Below are positions 55,093 to 64,000 of a stretch of 64,000 nt of DNA, one piece after another. The stretch spans positions 23,174 through 87,173 of the forward strand of contig JBBEDS010000014.1 in NCBI GenBank assembly GCA_040881175.1. The letters are read 5' to 3'. The stretch's first letter is position 1. Every line of letters starts with the position of its first letter. The translations under genes and the position numbers were made by a program. The notes under the pieces are model-generated. The model was not told the origin of the DNA and searched no databases. It saw only the letters and a list, made by a program, of their open reading frames with translations. The stretch is from Minisyncoccota bacterium (GTDB taxonomy: Bacteria > Patescibacteriota > Minisyncoccia > 2-02-FULL-40-12 > IGHO2-01-FULL-4-A).

Positions 55093-56907
55093 CTATGTTA
55101 TTAAAGCGTAGAACTCTTTTTGCTCCAGAGTTTCCTTGGAGATAAGCTCTTTGGCAATTTTGTCCAGAGTTTTTACTTTTTTGCCCAGAATCTCTTTGGC
55201 TTTTTTCATTGCTCTTGAAAGCAAGCCATGAATCTCGCTGTCTATCTTAAATGCGATCTCGTTGGAATAATTTTTATCTGAGCCTATCTCTTTGCCCAAG
55301 AAAACCAGTTCTTCTTTTTCACCAAATACAACTGGGCCGAGTTTGTCGGACATTCCATATTGAGTGACCATCTTGCGAGCCAGGTCCGAGGCAACCTTCA
55401 GGTCGTTGGATGCTCCGGTAGTCAGTTCTTTGAATACCAGACGTTCAGCTGTATAACCGCCGAGAAGTACGGCCAGCTCAGCTTCGAACTCTGACTTTGA
55501 GCGTAAGTGCTTGTCTTCCGTAGGTAATTTAAGGGTGTATCCACCAGCGCGTCCGCGCGATACTATGGAGACTTTGTGGACCGGATCTGTATGTGGCATA
55601 GAGACAGCGACAAGGGCATGACCAGCTTCGTGATATGCAGCTATCTTTTTCTCTTCTTTAGAGAAGGCATGAGAGCGTCTTTCCGGACCCAGCATTACTT
55701 TCTCTAAGGCTTCTAGTAGGTTGTCTTGATTTATCTGCTTCTGATTTTTCCTAGCAGCAAGTATAGCCGCTTCGTTTATTAAATTAGCCAAGTCAGCACC
55801 AGAAAACCCTGGGGTTCTCTCGGCAACTAGTCGCATATTAACCTCTTTCATCAGGGGCTTGTCTGTAGCATGTATTCTCAATATGGCCTCTCTATCTTTC
55901 ATTGATGGCTCATCTAGTATTATCCGTCTGTCGAAGCGTCCCGGTCTAAGAAGAGCGGGGTCCAATATATCCGGACGGTTGGTTGCCGCCATGACAATTA
56001 TTGCATCGTTGGTGGCGAAGCCGTCCATCTCAACCAATATTTGGTTAAGTGTCTGTTCTCTCTCATCGTGTCCGCCGCCAAGACCCGCTCCGCGGTGGCG
56101 ACCGACTGCATCAATCTCATCAACAAAGATTATTGAAGGCGCGGTTTTCTTGGCGACCTCAAATGTATCTCTGACTCGGTTGGCACCGACTCCGACGAAC
56201 ATCTCTACGAATTCGGAACCCGAGACGAAGTAGAATGGGACGTTAGCCTCATTAGCCACTGCTTTGGCTAGCAGTGTCTTACCTGTGCCGGGGGAGCCTA
56301 TCAGAAGAATGCCTCGAGGAATTCGGGCTCCCAGTTTCTGGAATCTCTTAGGATCGCGGAGGAATTCCACGACCTCAGATATTTCTTCCTTAGCTTCGGT
56401 TAAACCGGCAACATCTTTGAAAGTAAGCTTTTTTTTGCCGTTACCGTCGGCCAGCTTAGCTCTTGATTTACCGAAAGTGAAGGCCTGCATTGATCCTCGC
56501 TGTGCTTGGCGGAACATGAACCAGAACAGGAATATGATTAGCAGAAATGGCAGAAGGAAAGGCAAAAAGTTGGCCAGGTAAAATCCAAAGCCCGATTCAT
56601 CCTGTATATCTAGGTTAACTTCTTTTAATCTTTCTTGCTCGACTCCGAGGTTGACCAGGGTCTCGCTAACTGAAGTTCCTGGTTCTCTCTTTGATTCTTC
56701 CTTCTCATCGTTTTTTAACGTGATCTCCAGCTTTTCTCCGCGTACAACGACCTCTTTAACCTCAGATTGATTGATCTGGTTAACTAGGGTTGTGAGTGAG
56801 ACCTCATTTGGTGTTTCGCCAAACGGTGAGTTAAACAGGGCGACGAAACCAGACAAAACCAGAAGTATTAAAAAGACTATTAGAATATATTTTGCGAGTG
56901 ATTTCAT
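55093..56907 (-). CDS. ftsH: ATP-dependent zinc metalloprotease FtsH
   Basis: N-terminal TM pair, AAA+ [17 protein letters not shown] zinc-binding motif. Confidence 0.95.
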   Translation of the reverse strand: MKSLAKYILIVFLILLVLSGFVALFNSPFGETPNEVSLTTLVNQINQSEVKEVVVRGEKLEITLKNDEKEESKREPGTSVSETLVNLGVEQERLKEVNLDIQDESGFGFYLANFLPFLLPFLLIIFLFWFMFRQAQRGSMQAFTFGKSRAKLADGNGKKKLTFKDVAGLTEAKEEISEVVEFLRDPKRFQKLGARIPRGILLIGSPGTGKTLLAKAVANEANVPFYFVSGSEFVEMFVGVGANRVRDTFEVAKKTAPSIIFVDEIDAVGRHRGAGLGGGHDEREQTLNQILVEMDGFATNDAIIVMAATNRPDILDPALLRPGRFDRRIILDEPSMKDREAILRIHATDKPLMKEVNMRLVAERTPGFSGADLANLINEAAILAARKNQKQINQDNLLEALEKVMLGPERRSHAFSKEEKKIAAYHEAGHALVAVSMPHTDPVHKVSIVSRGRAGGYTLKLPTEDKHLRSKSEFEAELAVLLGGYTAERLVFKELTTGASNDLKVASDLARKMVTQYGMSDKLGPVVFGEKEELVFLGKEIGSDKNYSNEIAFKIDSEIHGLLSRAMKKAKEILGKKVKTLDKIAKELISKETLEQKEFYALIT

Positions 56908-56951
56908 GGAGCTAAATTAACATAAAAAATGTGGTGCGACAATATTTAGGT

Positions 56952-57000
56952 AAAAAAAGTGCCCCGACTCAAATCACTTGCGTGACTATATTGTCGGGGC
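56952..57000 (-). terminator. rho-independent terminator (minus strand) between SHOCT-domain gene and ftsH
   Basis: inverted repeat GCCCCGAC...GTCGGGGC (8 bp) with T-run on minus strand (plus A-run 56952-56958). Confidence 0.5.
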
Positions 57001-57047
57001 TGGGTCGGTGAAAGGATAGTGTGAGAACCACTTCCACCGGTTGGTTG

Positions 57048-58445
57048 TTAGGAGAGTAGGGCCTTCATCTCCTTGTAGTCGGCGGCATCGATCTCACCCT
57101 TCGCGAAGCGTCGGGCGAGCGCCTTGAGCTCTTCGTTGCCGGAAGTCGCCTGGCCTTCGGTGGCCGGCGCCGCAACCTCTTCGTGCTCTTTGGCGACGCC
57201 ATTGGCGTGACCGTTGGGTTGGACTTCAGCCAGTTTCGGCTGCTCGCTTTCAGCGGCTTGCTTTCGCTCCGCCTCGGCTCGCAGATGATCGGCCCTTTCC
57301 CGCTTGTTCTTCGCCTTGGTCGCGAACGACTGTGCACCGGAATAGTTCTTCGCGGCGACAGCTTCCGTTTCTTTGGCATCAAGCTCGGCCGCTTCGGCCT
57401 CGAGAGACTCCGGCGTTTCCGCCGGGATCACCTTGACCTCCAGCCCGCGCTCCTTCAGAGAAGTAGGAGACTCTTGGCCGTCCTCGTCCTCAATGGAAGC
57501 GCTGGTGGTTACCTTCAGCGGCTCTGCGTTCGCTTCTTCGGCAATGATAGCCTTCTGGGCTTCCGCCAGCTCAGTTTCGAGCTTGTCGGCATCGACTCTG
57601 AGGCGTTTGGCCATCTTCTGGCAGCTACCAGCCTTTTCGTAGTCGCCGGCTGCGGCGGCTGTGTCGGCGTCGGCCTGTTTCTGCTCGGCTTCTGCGCGCA
57701 GGCTTTCGGGAGTGTCCTGCTCTTCTTGCTCTTCGGGTTCCGAAAAGGCCATATTGGCCTCGTCGTCGACCTCTTCTCCGGCTTTGCGCCGTTGCTGATT
57801 CCTGGTAATTCGGTCGATGGTGTCTTGCACCAGTGCGACGTCGGCCAGGATGTGGTTGTAGTCCTTACTCGCTTCGCTTTGATCTGCGAGCCTCTTGAGG
57901 AAGTCGTCGCCTTCCATGTCGGCTTCGGTTTTGATCGTTTGCTTGTACTCAATGTCACCCAAAGCTTCGTTGGCGGCAGCCACCATCTTGAGTCGACCGT
58001 CGAGGTCGGGACGCAGGCCAGCCCGATTCGTGAACCTTACCAGGCGGATCCAGGCTGAGAAGAAGGGAGCGTTCCAGGGGAACAGCGCCCACATGACGTT
58101 CTCGGCGAAGTCCTTCACACCACCGGTCTTGGCGGGGAAGTACATGCCTTTGAGCAGTCCAAAGTTCTGGACGTGCCGGAGGTACTTCTGCTGAAGCTGA
58201 CGGTCGAGGGTTCTGACCTCTTTCCGCAATCCTTCCAGCTCTTTCAGACCTTCCGGAGAGAGCTGACGGTCGTCGCCCTGCTCGTTCGTGATTTTCCAGG
58301 CCTTCCGAATGAGAGAAGCAAGGACTTTGTCTTCCACCATCGGAACTTTGCTTCCGCGGGTGAAATTCTGGCTCCTCTCACCACTGGCGACCTGAGGTTT
58401 GTCTGAGCCGTCTTCATGACGGCGTCGAACGTTCTTATTGGCCAT
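57048..58445 (-). CDS. hypothetical protein (465 aa) with N-terminal unknown domain, Ala/Glu-rich coiled-coil linker and C-terminal SHOCT-like motif; 60-65% GC
   Basis: C-terminus LKALARRFAKGEIDAADYKEMKALLS resembles SHOCT; strong GC skew relative to neighbours; all six frames open (GC artefact ORFs). Confidence 0.55.
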   Translation of the reverse strand: MANKNVRRRHEDGSDKPQVASGERSQNFTRGSKVPMVEDKVLASLIRKAWKITNEQGDDRQLSPEGLKELEGLRKEVRTLDRQLQQKYLRHVQNFGLLKGMYFPAKTGGVKDFAENVMWALFPWNAPFFSAWIRLVRFTNRAGLRPDLDGRLKMVAAANEALGDIEYKQTIKTEADMEGDDFLKRLADQSEASKDYNHILADVALVQDTIDRITRNQQRRKAGEEVDDEANMAFSEPEEQEEQDTPESLRAEAEQKQADADTAAAAGDYEKAGSCQKMAKRLRVDADKLETELAEAQKAIIAEEANAEPLKVTTSASIEDEDGQESPTSLKERGLEVKVIPAETPESLEAEAAELDAKETEAVAAKNYSGAQSFATKAKNKRERADHLRAEAERKQAAESEQPKLAEVQPNGHANGVAKEHEEVAAPATEGQATSGNEELKALARRFAKGEIDAADYKEMKALLS

Positions 58446-58684
58446 TTCTTGGCCCTCCTGTTGTCAAAGATTAGTACAGCGAAAATGCTCTCGAGAGCGC
58501 ATTCTCGCCATCCGGTATTAATATATCAGATGGCTTGACTAATGTCAATAACATAAGTATAGTATTGGAAAGTTAGGAAATAGGCCTTTTAAAATTAATT
58601 GCTACAAGACGGGCCTACTATTAATACATAGCCGACCTATTTTGTAGCAATTTTTAATATCAAAATATGCAGAGGAGGAATTAG

Positions 58685-60070
58685 ATGGTTAAGGTAACCA
58701 CTTTAGGCGGAAGCTCGGGTTTGAGAAGTATCGGCCCCAGCTGTTACGTGGTCGACATTGATGACAAAAGGATCATTGTCGATTGCGGTATTGAGCCAAC
58801 ATTACGGGGGTTCATTCCTCCGAATCTCGACTATCTGAGAGACGGCAAACTGATTGATGCGGTCTGCCTAACACACGGACACGTAGACCATATCGCTTAC
58901 ACTCCAGCCCTTATCCCTTTCATGAAGCCGGATGCGAAAGTATTCATGACTCCACAGACGGCTCAAACGTCATCGTACGTCATTGAAGAACAATTCAAAT
59001 TCGGCATCAGGGTCAAAGACCTTCCGTTCAGTATGCTCGACATGTTCGAGTTCGTTCAAGAAAGGATTTCGATTATTGAGAGGCCGGGGGTTATTGAAAT
59101 TCTGGATGGAATCAGCGCCTACGCCCATCCGGTCGGACATATTCCCGGAGCATGCGGTTTCATCTTCAAACTGCCTGATGGCCGCAAGATGATGATCTCT
59201 GGAGACATGAGCTGGCACAACCAGCCGACAGTCCTCGGTTATCAGCCCATGCCCGATGAGTGGAAGCCCGAAATTCTTGCAGGAATTGATCTGACCGGCG
59301 TAACGGTTGAGAAAAATCCGTCCTGGGAGCTTGAGGCTGACAGGATGGGCAGGGATGTCAGAGAGGTCATGGAAAATGGCGGCTCTGTAGCGATCGCAGC
59401 TTTTGCCAATAACAAGAGCCAATGCGTAGTGTCAGCTCTTCATCAAAGAGGGGTCACCTCATACATGGAGGAAGGATCTGCTGCTACCATTGCTCGCATT
59501 CTGAGTAGGAACAAATGGTCTGACAACGATGTTCTCTTTGACCTCGGTCAGCTTAAAATGATTGAGGACTTCCATCACCGGCGCTATCTAATGGGCCAGA
59601 AAGAGCCGAAAGTGGTAACTTCGCCTTCAGGCATGTGCATAGGCGGCCACATCAGAGAGTGGCTTGAGGTGATCCTGCCGGATCCCAACGCTGCTCTATT
59701 CTTTGCTGGATTTGTCGCCGAAGACAGCAACGGCGGGCGAATTATCAACGCCAAGGAACAAGGCAAAGAAGAGGTCACCCTTGTAGACAACAACGGCTTT
59801 GGCGGTGAAATGGAAACTTTGCCGCTCAGGTGCAGGATAGGGAAGTACAAGCTGACCTCTCATGGCGATGGTCAGAGCATCTTCAACTGGATCGAGCAGA
59901 TCGATCCGCAGATAATTAACCTGACCCACGGGACTCCGGCCGGTAAACTCTATGCGGCCTCGAGACTCCTCAAGAGGAACAGAAAGATCTTTATGAACGT
60001 CGGTCGCCACAAGGTGAGAACGACGAGGGAAATTAATATCAAAGTCCAGCAGTTTGCTCTGCAAACTTAG
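58685..60070 (+). CDS. metallo-beta-lactamase-fold protein, beta-CASP-like (putative nucleic-acid hydrolase)
   Basis: HGHVDH (HxHxDH) motif, further His/Asp ligands, 461 aa; GGAGG SD before ATG. Confidence 0.7.
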   Translation: MVKVTTLGGSSGLRSIGPSCYVVDIDDKRIIVDCGIEPTLRGFIPPNLDYLRDGKLIDAVCLTHGHVDHIAYTPALIPFMKPDAKVFMTPQTAQTSSYVIEEQFKFGIRVKDLPFSMLDMFEFVQERISIIERPGVIEILDGISAYAHPVGHIPGACGFIFKLPDGRKMMISGDMSWHNQPTVLGYQPMPDEWKPEILAGIDLTGVTVEKNPSWELEADRMGRDVREVMENGGSVAIAAFANNKSQCVVSALHQRGVTSYMEEGSAATIARILSRNKWSDNDVLFDLGQLKMIEDFHHRRYLMGQKEPKVVTSPSGMCIGGHIREWLEVILPDPNAALFFAGFVAEDSNGGRIINAKEQGKEEVTLVDNNGFGGEMETLPLRCRIGKYKLTSHGDGQSIFNWIEQIDPQIINLTHGTPAGKLYAASRLLKRNRKIFMNVGRHKVRTTREINIKVQQFALQT

Positions 60071-60079
60071 GGAAAATAA

Positions 60080-60109
60080 AGGACGGCACTAAGTGCCGTC
60101 CGTTTTTTT
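60080..60109. terminator. bidirectional rho-independent terminator
   Basis: AAAGGACGGCACTAAGTGCCGTCCGTTTTTTT. Confidence 0.75.
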
Positions 60110-60848
60110 ATTGATAAATAGGTGATAGGTCTTCAAGCAGAGATTCAATCGCTCTTTTCTCCGATGGGGAGACGAGGGCGTCCTCCGCTTCTAAAATATC
60201 GAGTTCTTCTTGAGACAGAGTTCTGAACTTTTCCACCAAGTCATCTCTGCCCATGTCCTGAAAGACTCGGAGTATGCCCTGATGGGAAGAATAGTGCCAT
60301 GGAGCTTCTTCGAGTATTTCTATGGCAAGCGGTTCCTTCTTGAGCAATAACAGAATTGCGATAATCCTAGCAAAAGAGCTGTGATATATCACTGGTACTG
60401 TTTCTCGCGTCAGAGGATCCTTTTTCCTGAATGGAAGCTTCCTCAAGTAGAACCAGCGGCAGTCTATGATCAACGGGTCAGATGTCTCGAAAGGATAGGG
60501 GCTGACCCCTCTGCCGTCTGCGAAGAATGTGTGAACCCCATAGCGTGATTCAGGATCCGGTTTTTCGAAGAAGACGACTTCATCATTTATCTTAATCTCT
60601 AAACCACGGACTTCCTCAAAGAACTCTCTTTCGGCCGTGGCCTGGGCAGGCTCTTCGAGATTGTTCTCATCCTGCATGCCTCCTGGCAGGCCCCAGCCGT
60701 GACCTTGAACGAATTCATTGCCGTCTTCCTTGTGGACTATCGAAGCCCGATGCTCAACTAAGACTACCTTCTCCTCACCGGCTTGGTGTAGGTCTATGGC
60801 AGCAACAAACGCGGAATGATGGATTGGGTTTCCTGATCCCATGGTCAT
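60108..60848 (-). CDS. Nudix hydrolase with about 100-aa C-terminal extension
   Basis: Nudix box GWGLPGGMQDENNLEEPAQATAEREFFEEVRG; start set at Met overlapping upstream stop (ATGA) instead of the GC-driven upstream extension. Confidence 0.65.
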   Translation of the reverse strand: MTMGSGNPIHHSAFVAAIDLHQAGEEKVVLVEHRASIVHKEDGNEFVQGHGWGLPGGMQDENNLEEPAQATAEREFFEEVRGLEIKINDEVVFFEKPDPESRYGVHTFFADGRGVSPYPFETSDPLIIDCRWFYLRKLPFRKKDPLTRETVPVIYHSSFARIIAILLLLKKEPLAIEILEEAPWHYSSHQGILRVFQDMGRDDLVEKFRTLSQEELDILEAEDALVSPSEKRAIESLLEDLSPIYQ

Positions 60849-61690
60849 CCACCCGCAGCTACTGGAATGGCAGAACGGACGCCGAGCACTCTTTGTCGCT
60901 CTTGGCTGTCGTTGAGAAGTCCTTCGAATTCGATTATGTCGCCGGCTTCTTTCATCGGAAAGTCTTCGCAGTCGAGGATCTGCCGCCAATGAAGGAAGGC
61001 AGGACCTTGAGCTGTTTGGACGAATCCCCACATGTTGCTCAGATTAAAGAAGATCACACGGCCAATGTTGCCGGATAATTCAAAGCCGTTCTTAGTTGCG
61101 ACAGTCTCTCCGGCGAATTTATCAAGAGTCTGGACATCCACCATCTCTTCAAGAAGATTATGAAGGTCAGACCAAGTACTGTAACCGGGGAATTCATTTT
61201 CCGATACATGTATCCGCCCATCCTTTCGATACATATTTGCGGAGTATGTCTTCTGGATCACCAGATGGTAGTTTGCCCGTTCTCCCATGATCAGGGTGAC
61301 GATTGAGATTTCCCAGAGCTCGAAGGTTCTGTCTTTGATGACCACAACCCTCAAGTTGTGGTTTTTCGGTTTCGTAGAATACGATTCCTCCATCGCGGAG
61401 ACAACCTCTTCCGTCGGGATCGTGCGCCGGTAGCTTGCGATATCGCTTTCCGGGGTCTCGTCTTTCTTGCTCGAGATCTTCTTGCTTTTTCCTTGAACGA
61501 CGATGACTCGAACACTATGCAGGCGAGGAGTGCGAACTTCCAGCTTGAAGTTCAGCTTTTCATCTCGAGGAAGCCAGAAGAAGAATCCATCATCTTCAGG
61601 ATTCAGCTTTCTGTCGAGGCCAGCTAAGTAAATCCCAACTTCTACGCCTCTGGCTGCCAGCTCATTAGATTCCGTTTGGTGGCTGTACAT
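60845..61690 (-). CDS. hypothetical protein with C-terminal cold-shock-like (CSD/OB) domain
   Basis: C-terminus GNIGRVIFFNLSNMWGFVQTAQGPAFLHWRQI...KEAGDIIEFEGLL fits CSD pattern (G-V-FN-GFGFI...VF-H...G..V-F); N-terminal about 200 aa unassigned. Confidence 0.5.
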   Translation of the reverse strand: MYSHQTESNELAARGVEVGIYLAGLDRKLNPEDDGFFFWLPRDEKLNFKLEVRTPRLHSVRVIVVQGKSKKISSKKDETPESDIASYRRTIPTEEVVSAMEESYSTKPKNHNLRVVVIKDRTFELWEISIVTLIMGERANYHLVIQKTYSANMYRKDGRIHVSENEFPGYSTWSDLHNLLEEMVDVQTLDKFAGETVATKNGFELSGNIGRVIFFNLSNMWGFVQTAQGPAFLHWRQILDCEDFPMKEAGDIIEFEGLLNDSQERQRVLGVRSAIPVAAGG

Positions 61691-61860
61691 AGGGTTATCC
61701 CTCCTGTTGTATTTTCCTATTTACCTCATTGTTAATGGACTTTTGCCTATGAAAACTGGGGTTATAATAAAGTAATTATTGGTTTTGGTCAAGTTATGCT
61801 GACTTGACTTATAGGTAATTTATGTGGTATATTATTATGATAAGGAGGTTTTTAAAAACC

Positions 61861-62310
61861 ATGAAGAGTTTTACGGAAGTTCTTGAGCCGCCCACAGGTG
61901 GTTTCCTGAGTCTGCCCAAAGGCAAGGGTAGGCGACGCAGAAGTAGCGGTGGTCCCAATCGGTCCCCCCGTGTCCAAAAAAGCAGGGAGGACATTCGGGC
62001 CGAAGAAGCTGCGATGGCGGCCAGAAGCGTAATGCTGCCAATCGTGGTGGCGCGGGAGCTGGTGGCCGAGTACATGCCGTTGGCCGCCGTGCTTCTGCAG
62101 GAGCTGCACCGCCTCAATGAGCTGGAGAAGCTCGGAGCGGTGCTCGATCCGTTGCTGGACATTTCCGAGGAAGACAAGGAGGCGCTCATTCCGATGTGCT
62201 TCTGCCACATGATCGAGCTTGGGTTCGAGCAAGTGGAGAAGATGGTCGACGAAGGCAGGTGGGCTGCCGAGATCGAAAAGCAACTCCCCGTCTTCCGATC
62301 CACTCTTTAG
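61861..62310 (+). CDS. hypothetical protein (150 aa), GC-rich
   Basis: AAGGAGG SD 11 nt upstream of ATG 61861; possible promoter TTGACT-N18-TATATT at about 61805-61835. Confidence 0.4.
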   Translation: MKSFTEVLEPPTGGFLSLPKGKGRRRRSSGGPNRSPRVQKSREDIRAEEAAMAARSVMLPIVVARELVAEYMPLAAVLLQELHRLNELEKLGAVLDPLLDISEEDKEALIPMCFCHMIELGFEQVEKMVDEGRWAAEIEKQLPVFRSTL

Positions 62311-62344
62311 CAGCTTTGACTGCGATTCTCTCCTCCTCCACACA

Positions 62345-62380
62345 GCCCGGGCGCGCAATATCGCCCGGGCCTCTTTTTTT
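62345..62380 (+). terminator. rho-independent terminator after 61861 gene
   Basis: GCCCGGGCG-CGCAATAT-CGCCCGGGC + CTCTTTTTTT. Confidence 0.65.
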
Positions 62381-62391
62381 ACTTTTAATAA

Positions 62392-62424
62392 ACAAAAAAC
62401 AGCGCCGAGTATTCGGTGCTGTTT
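62392..62424 (-). terminator. rho-independent terminator for rpsA (minus strand)
   Basis: ACAGCGCCGA-GTAT-TCGGTGCTGT with T-run on minus strand. Confidence 0.55.
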
Positions 62425-62437
62425 TAGCTCCGTGTTT

Positions 62438-63613
62438 TTATTCGGTTTTTTCTTTCTGAAGAGTGAGTATCATCTTGTGTTCCTTCGAGTCGATTGATAC
62501 GATCGCTACCTTTATTTTATCTTCAAGTTTGAAATCTTCTCCCGGTTTCTTGTCTCCCAGTTCTGATACTGGGATAAGGCCGGTTATCTCTTCATCCAAT
62601 TTTACCAGCATTCCATAATTGGTCATTTTGGCAACCTCTCCTTCTACTTCCTGGCCGACGGAATATTTCTCTTCTATCTTTTGCCATGGGTCTTCCTTGA
62701 GTGCTTTAAGAGATAGAGAAATTTTACTACCATCGATATCTATGATCTTAGCTTTTACAATCTGACCGCTCTTTAGCACATCATGCGGACTTTCTATTAG
62801 CTTCCAATCTATTTCAGAAATATGTATCAACCCTTCTATTCTGGTTGAAGTCTGTCCTTCTGACACTCCCTTCTCGTCAGTAGCAGGGGGGTTAATAAGG
62901 GCAAAAGCACCGAAGTCCGTTACGTCTGTTATCTCAGCTTCGACGACATCTCCGATTGTGAATTTAGAGATCTCCTCTTTGATTTGCTCGTCATTGATAG
63001 CCTTTTCCGAAACAATCAGCTTGTTCTCGCTTTCAGAGAAATCAAGAATTTTAACTTTGATATCCTGATTACGGAATTTTTGTAGAGCCTGGACTATCTT
63101 TGTAGTGTCTCCACCATCTATTTTGGGGTAGTTCTCCGGCAGTAGCTGAGATAGAGGTAAGAATCCTTGGATCCCATTTATCTCAACCAGAAGGCCTCCT
63201 TTGTTTATGTTAACAACTTTGGTCTCTATGACTTCGCCGCTTTCTTTCTTGTTCCTAATATCCTGCCAGGCGGTGGTCATCTGGGCTCTCTTTAGAGACA
63301 GCTCGCGGTAACCGTCATCATTCTCTATCTCAAGCAAGATAGCCGAAACTTTTTGTCCGGCTTTCAAAGCTTTCTGTAAATTCGGGTTGTCATAGAACTC
63401 GCCGGGATAAACCGCGCCAGTTCCCAAGGAGCCCAGGTCGATCAAGACCGCATTTTTTCCGATACTAATAATTTCGCCGGTAAGAACCTGTCCGACCTTG
63501 GGCAGATCAAACTCGGCTTTTGCAAGAAGATCTTTCATCGAAAGATCAGAGTTTTCTAGTTGAATAGCATTTTCCATGTGGCGAAGCATAACACCTTTCT
63601 TTATATCTGGCAA
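62438..63613 (-). CDS. rpsA: 30S ribosomal protein S1 (short form, four S1 domains)
   Basis: Repeated S1 OB-fold motifs (GQVLTGEIISI, GEVIETKVVNI, GDVVEAEITDV, GQIVKAKIIDI). Confidence 0.85.
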   Translation of the reverse strand: MPDIKKGVMLRHMENAIQLENSDLSMKDLLAKAEFDLPKVGQVLTGEIISIGKNAVLIDLGSLGTGAVYPGEFYDNPNLQKALKAGQKVSAILLEIENDDGYRELSLKRAQMTTAWQDIRNKKESGEVIETKVVNINKGGLLVEINGIQGFLPLSQLLPENYPKIDGGDTTKIVQALQKFRNQDIKVKILDFSESENKLIVSEKAINDEQIKEEISKFTIGDVVEAEITDVTDFGAFALINPPATDEKGVSEGQTSTRIEGLIHISEIDWKLIESPHDVLKSGQIVKAKIIDIDGSKISLSLKALKEDPWQKIEEKYSVGQEVEGEVAKMTNYGMLVKLDEEITGLIPVSELGDKKPGEDFKLEDKIKVAIVSIDSKEHKMILTLQKEKTE

Positions 63614-63662
63614 CGCCTTTTAGGACATTGAATTTATACCCATTTTCTGGTAAAATTAGAGT

Positions 63663-64000
63663 ATGAATATCAACTGGTATGGACAATCATGTTTTCGTTT
63701 GGACAGCAAAGGCGTTAGCGTGCTTATCGACCCATTTTCTAAGGATATAGGTCTTCGCGCGCCACGATTGAATGACAGCATCTTTCTGGTCACCCATGAG
63801 CATGCCGATCATAACAATGTTAAAGATGTGCCGGCCGAGTCTTTTGTGATACGCGGACCTGGTGAGTACGAAAAGTCCGGGGTCTATGTAGAGGGCATGC
63901 TTTCTTTCCATGACAACAGTCAGGGAACGGAGAGAGGAATGAACACCATCTACATCATTAGGATGGAGGATATGAGACTTTGCCACATGGGAGATTTGGG
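63663..64000 (+). CDS. MBL-fold metal-dependent hydrolase (UPF0173/YtkL-like), 3' end beyond window
   Basis: MNINWYGQSCFRLDSKGVSVLIDPF...FLVTHEHADHNN (HxHxDH); frame open to window end; antisense track ORF 63687-63986 rejected. Confidence 0.6.
   Translation, partial: MNINWYGQSCFRLDSKGVSVLIDPFSKDIGLRAPRLNDSIFLVTHEHADHNNVKDVPAESFVIRGPGEYEKSGVYVEGMLSFHDNSQGTERGMNTIYIIRMEDMRLCHMGDL

Noticed and set aside
57065-58406. Multiple long ORFs in other frames and on the plus strand overlapping the 465-aa minus-strand gene (57183-58058 +, 57373-57642 +, 57515-57958 -, 57895-58194 +, 58173-58406 +)
   Set aside because: All lie inside the 60-65% GC segment, where stop codons are rare in every frame. Their products are low-complexity (Arg/Pro/Ser-rich) and are typical GC-driven artefacts.
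60849-61031. N-terminal 61-residue Arg/Ser-rich extension of the Nudix ORF
   Set aside because: It overlaps the upstream gene in a GC-rich stretch. The ATGA overlap at 60845-60848 gives a classic coupled start.
63687-63986. 99-aa minus-strand ORF at the window end
   Set aside because: The plus strand here encodes a clear MBL-fold hydrolase (HEHADH motif) open to the window edge, so the minus ORF is antisense.

Overview
This 64-kb window comes from a compact, gene-dense, low-GC (about 40%) bacterial chromosome. UGA is used as a stop codon, so the genetic code is standard. Three things stand out as poorly characterised:

- **T4SS-like locus (12.4-23.4 kb)**: an ~11-kb block of secreted and membrane proteins built around a VirB4-like ATPase encoded as two coupled ORFs. 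It also carries a PrgI/VirB3-like 2-TM protein and a VirB6/TrbL-like polytopic membrane protein. No relaxase or coupling protein is present in the window.
- **GC-rich island (57.0-62.4 kb, 50-65% GC)**: five genes of unknown role. They encode a SHOCT-tailed protein, a beta-CASP-like MBL protein, a cold-shock-domain fusion protein coupled to an extended Nudix hydrolase, and one hypothetical. The island looks horizontally acquired.
- **Surface-protein operon (45.3-49.5 kb)**: an 886-aa repeat-rich surface protein, a CAP-domain protein and a sortase.

Further notable items:

- the chromosomal replication origin, with the conserved order jag-yidC-yidD-rnpA-rpmH (minus strand) followed by dnaA, an AT-rich DnaA-box region and dnaN (an rpmH gene missed by the ORF track is recovered here);
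- a tRNA with anticodon UAU (Ile2);
- a split transketolase interrupted by three unrelated genes;
- an ECF sigma factor and an HTH protein inserted in a tRNA array;
- a promoter-driven candidate structured ncRNA between ruvB and pilB.

Eleven tRNA genes lie in the window. Housekeeping genes include rnhB, gap, split transketolase, uvrD-family helicase, rsmA, PBP1A, tyrS, ruvC, yebC, ruvB, pilB, nusA, tig, a DoxX/thioredoxin/DsbA cluster, cysteine desulfurase, rplS, an RluA-family pseudouridine synthase, ftsH and rpsA. The gene content (short YidC, split transketolase, sortase plus a large repeat surface protein, lone PilB, T4SS-like cluster, many small hypothetical membrane proteins) fits a small-genome Gram-positive-like lineage such as Patescibacteria/CPR; this placement is an inference.
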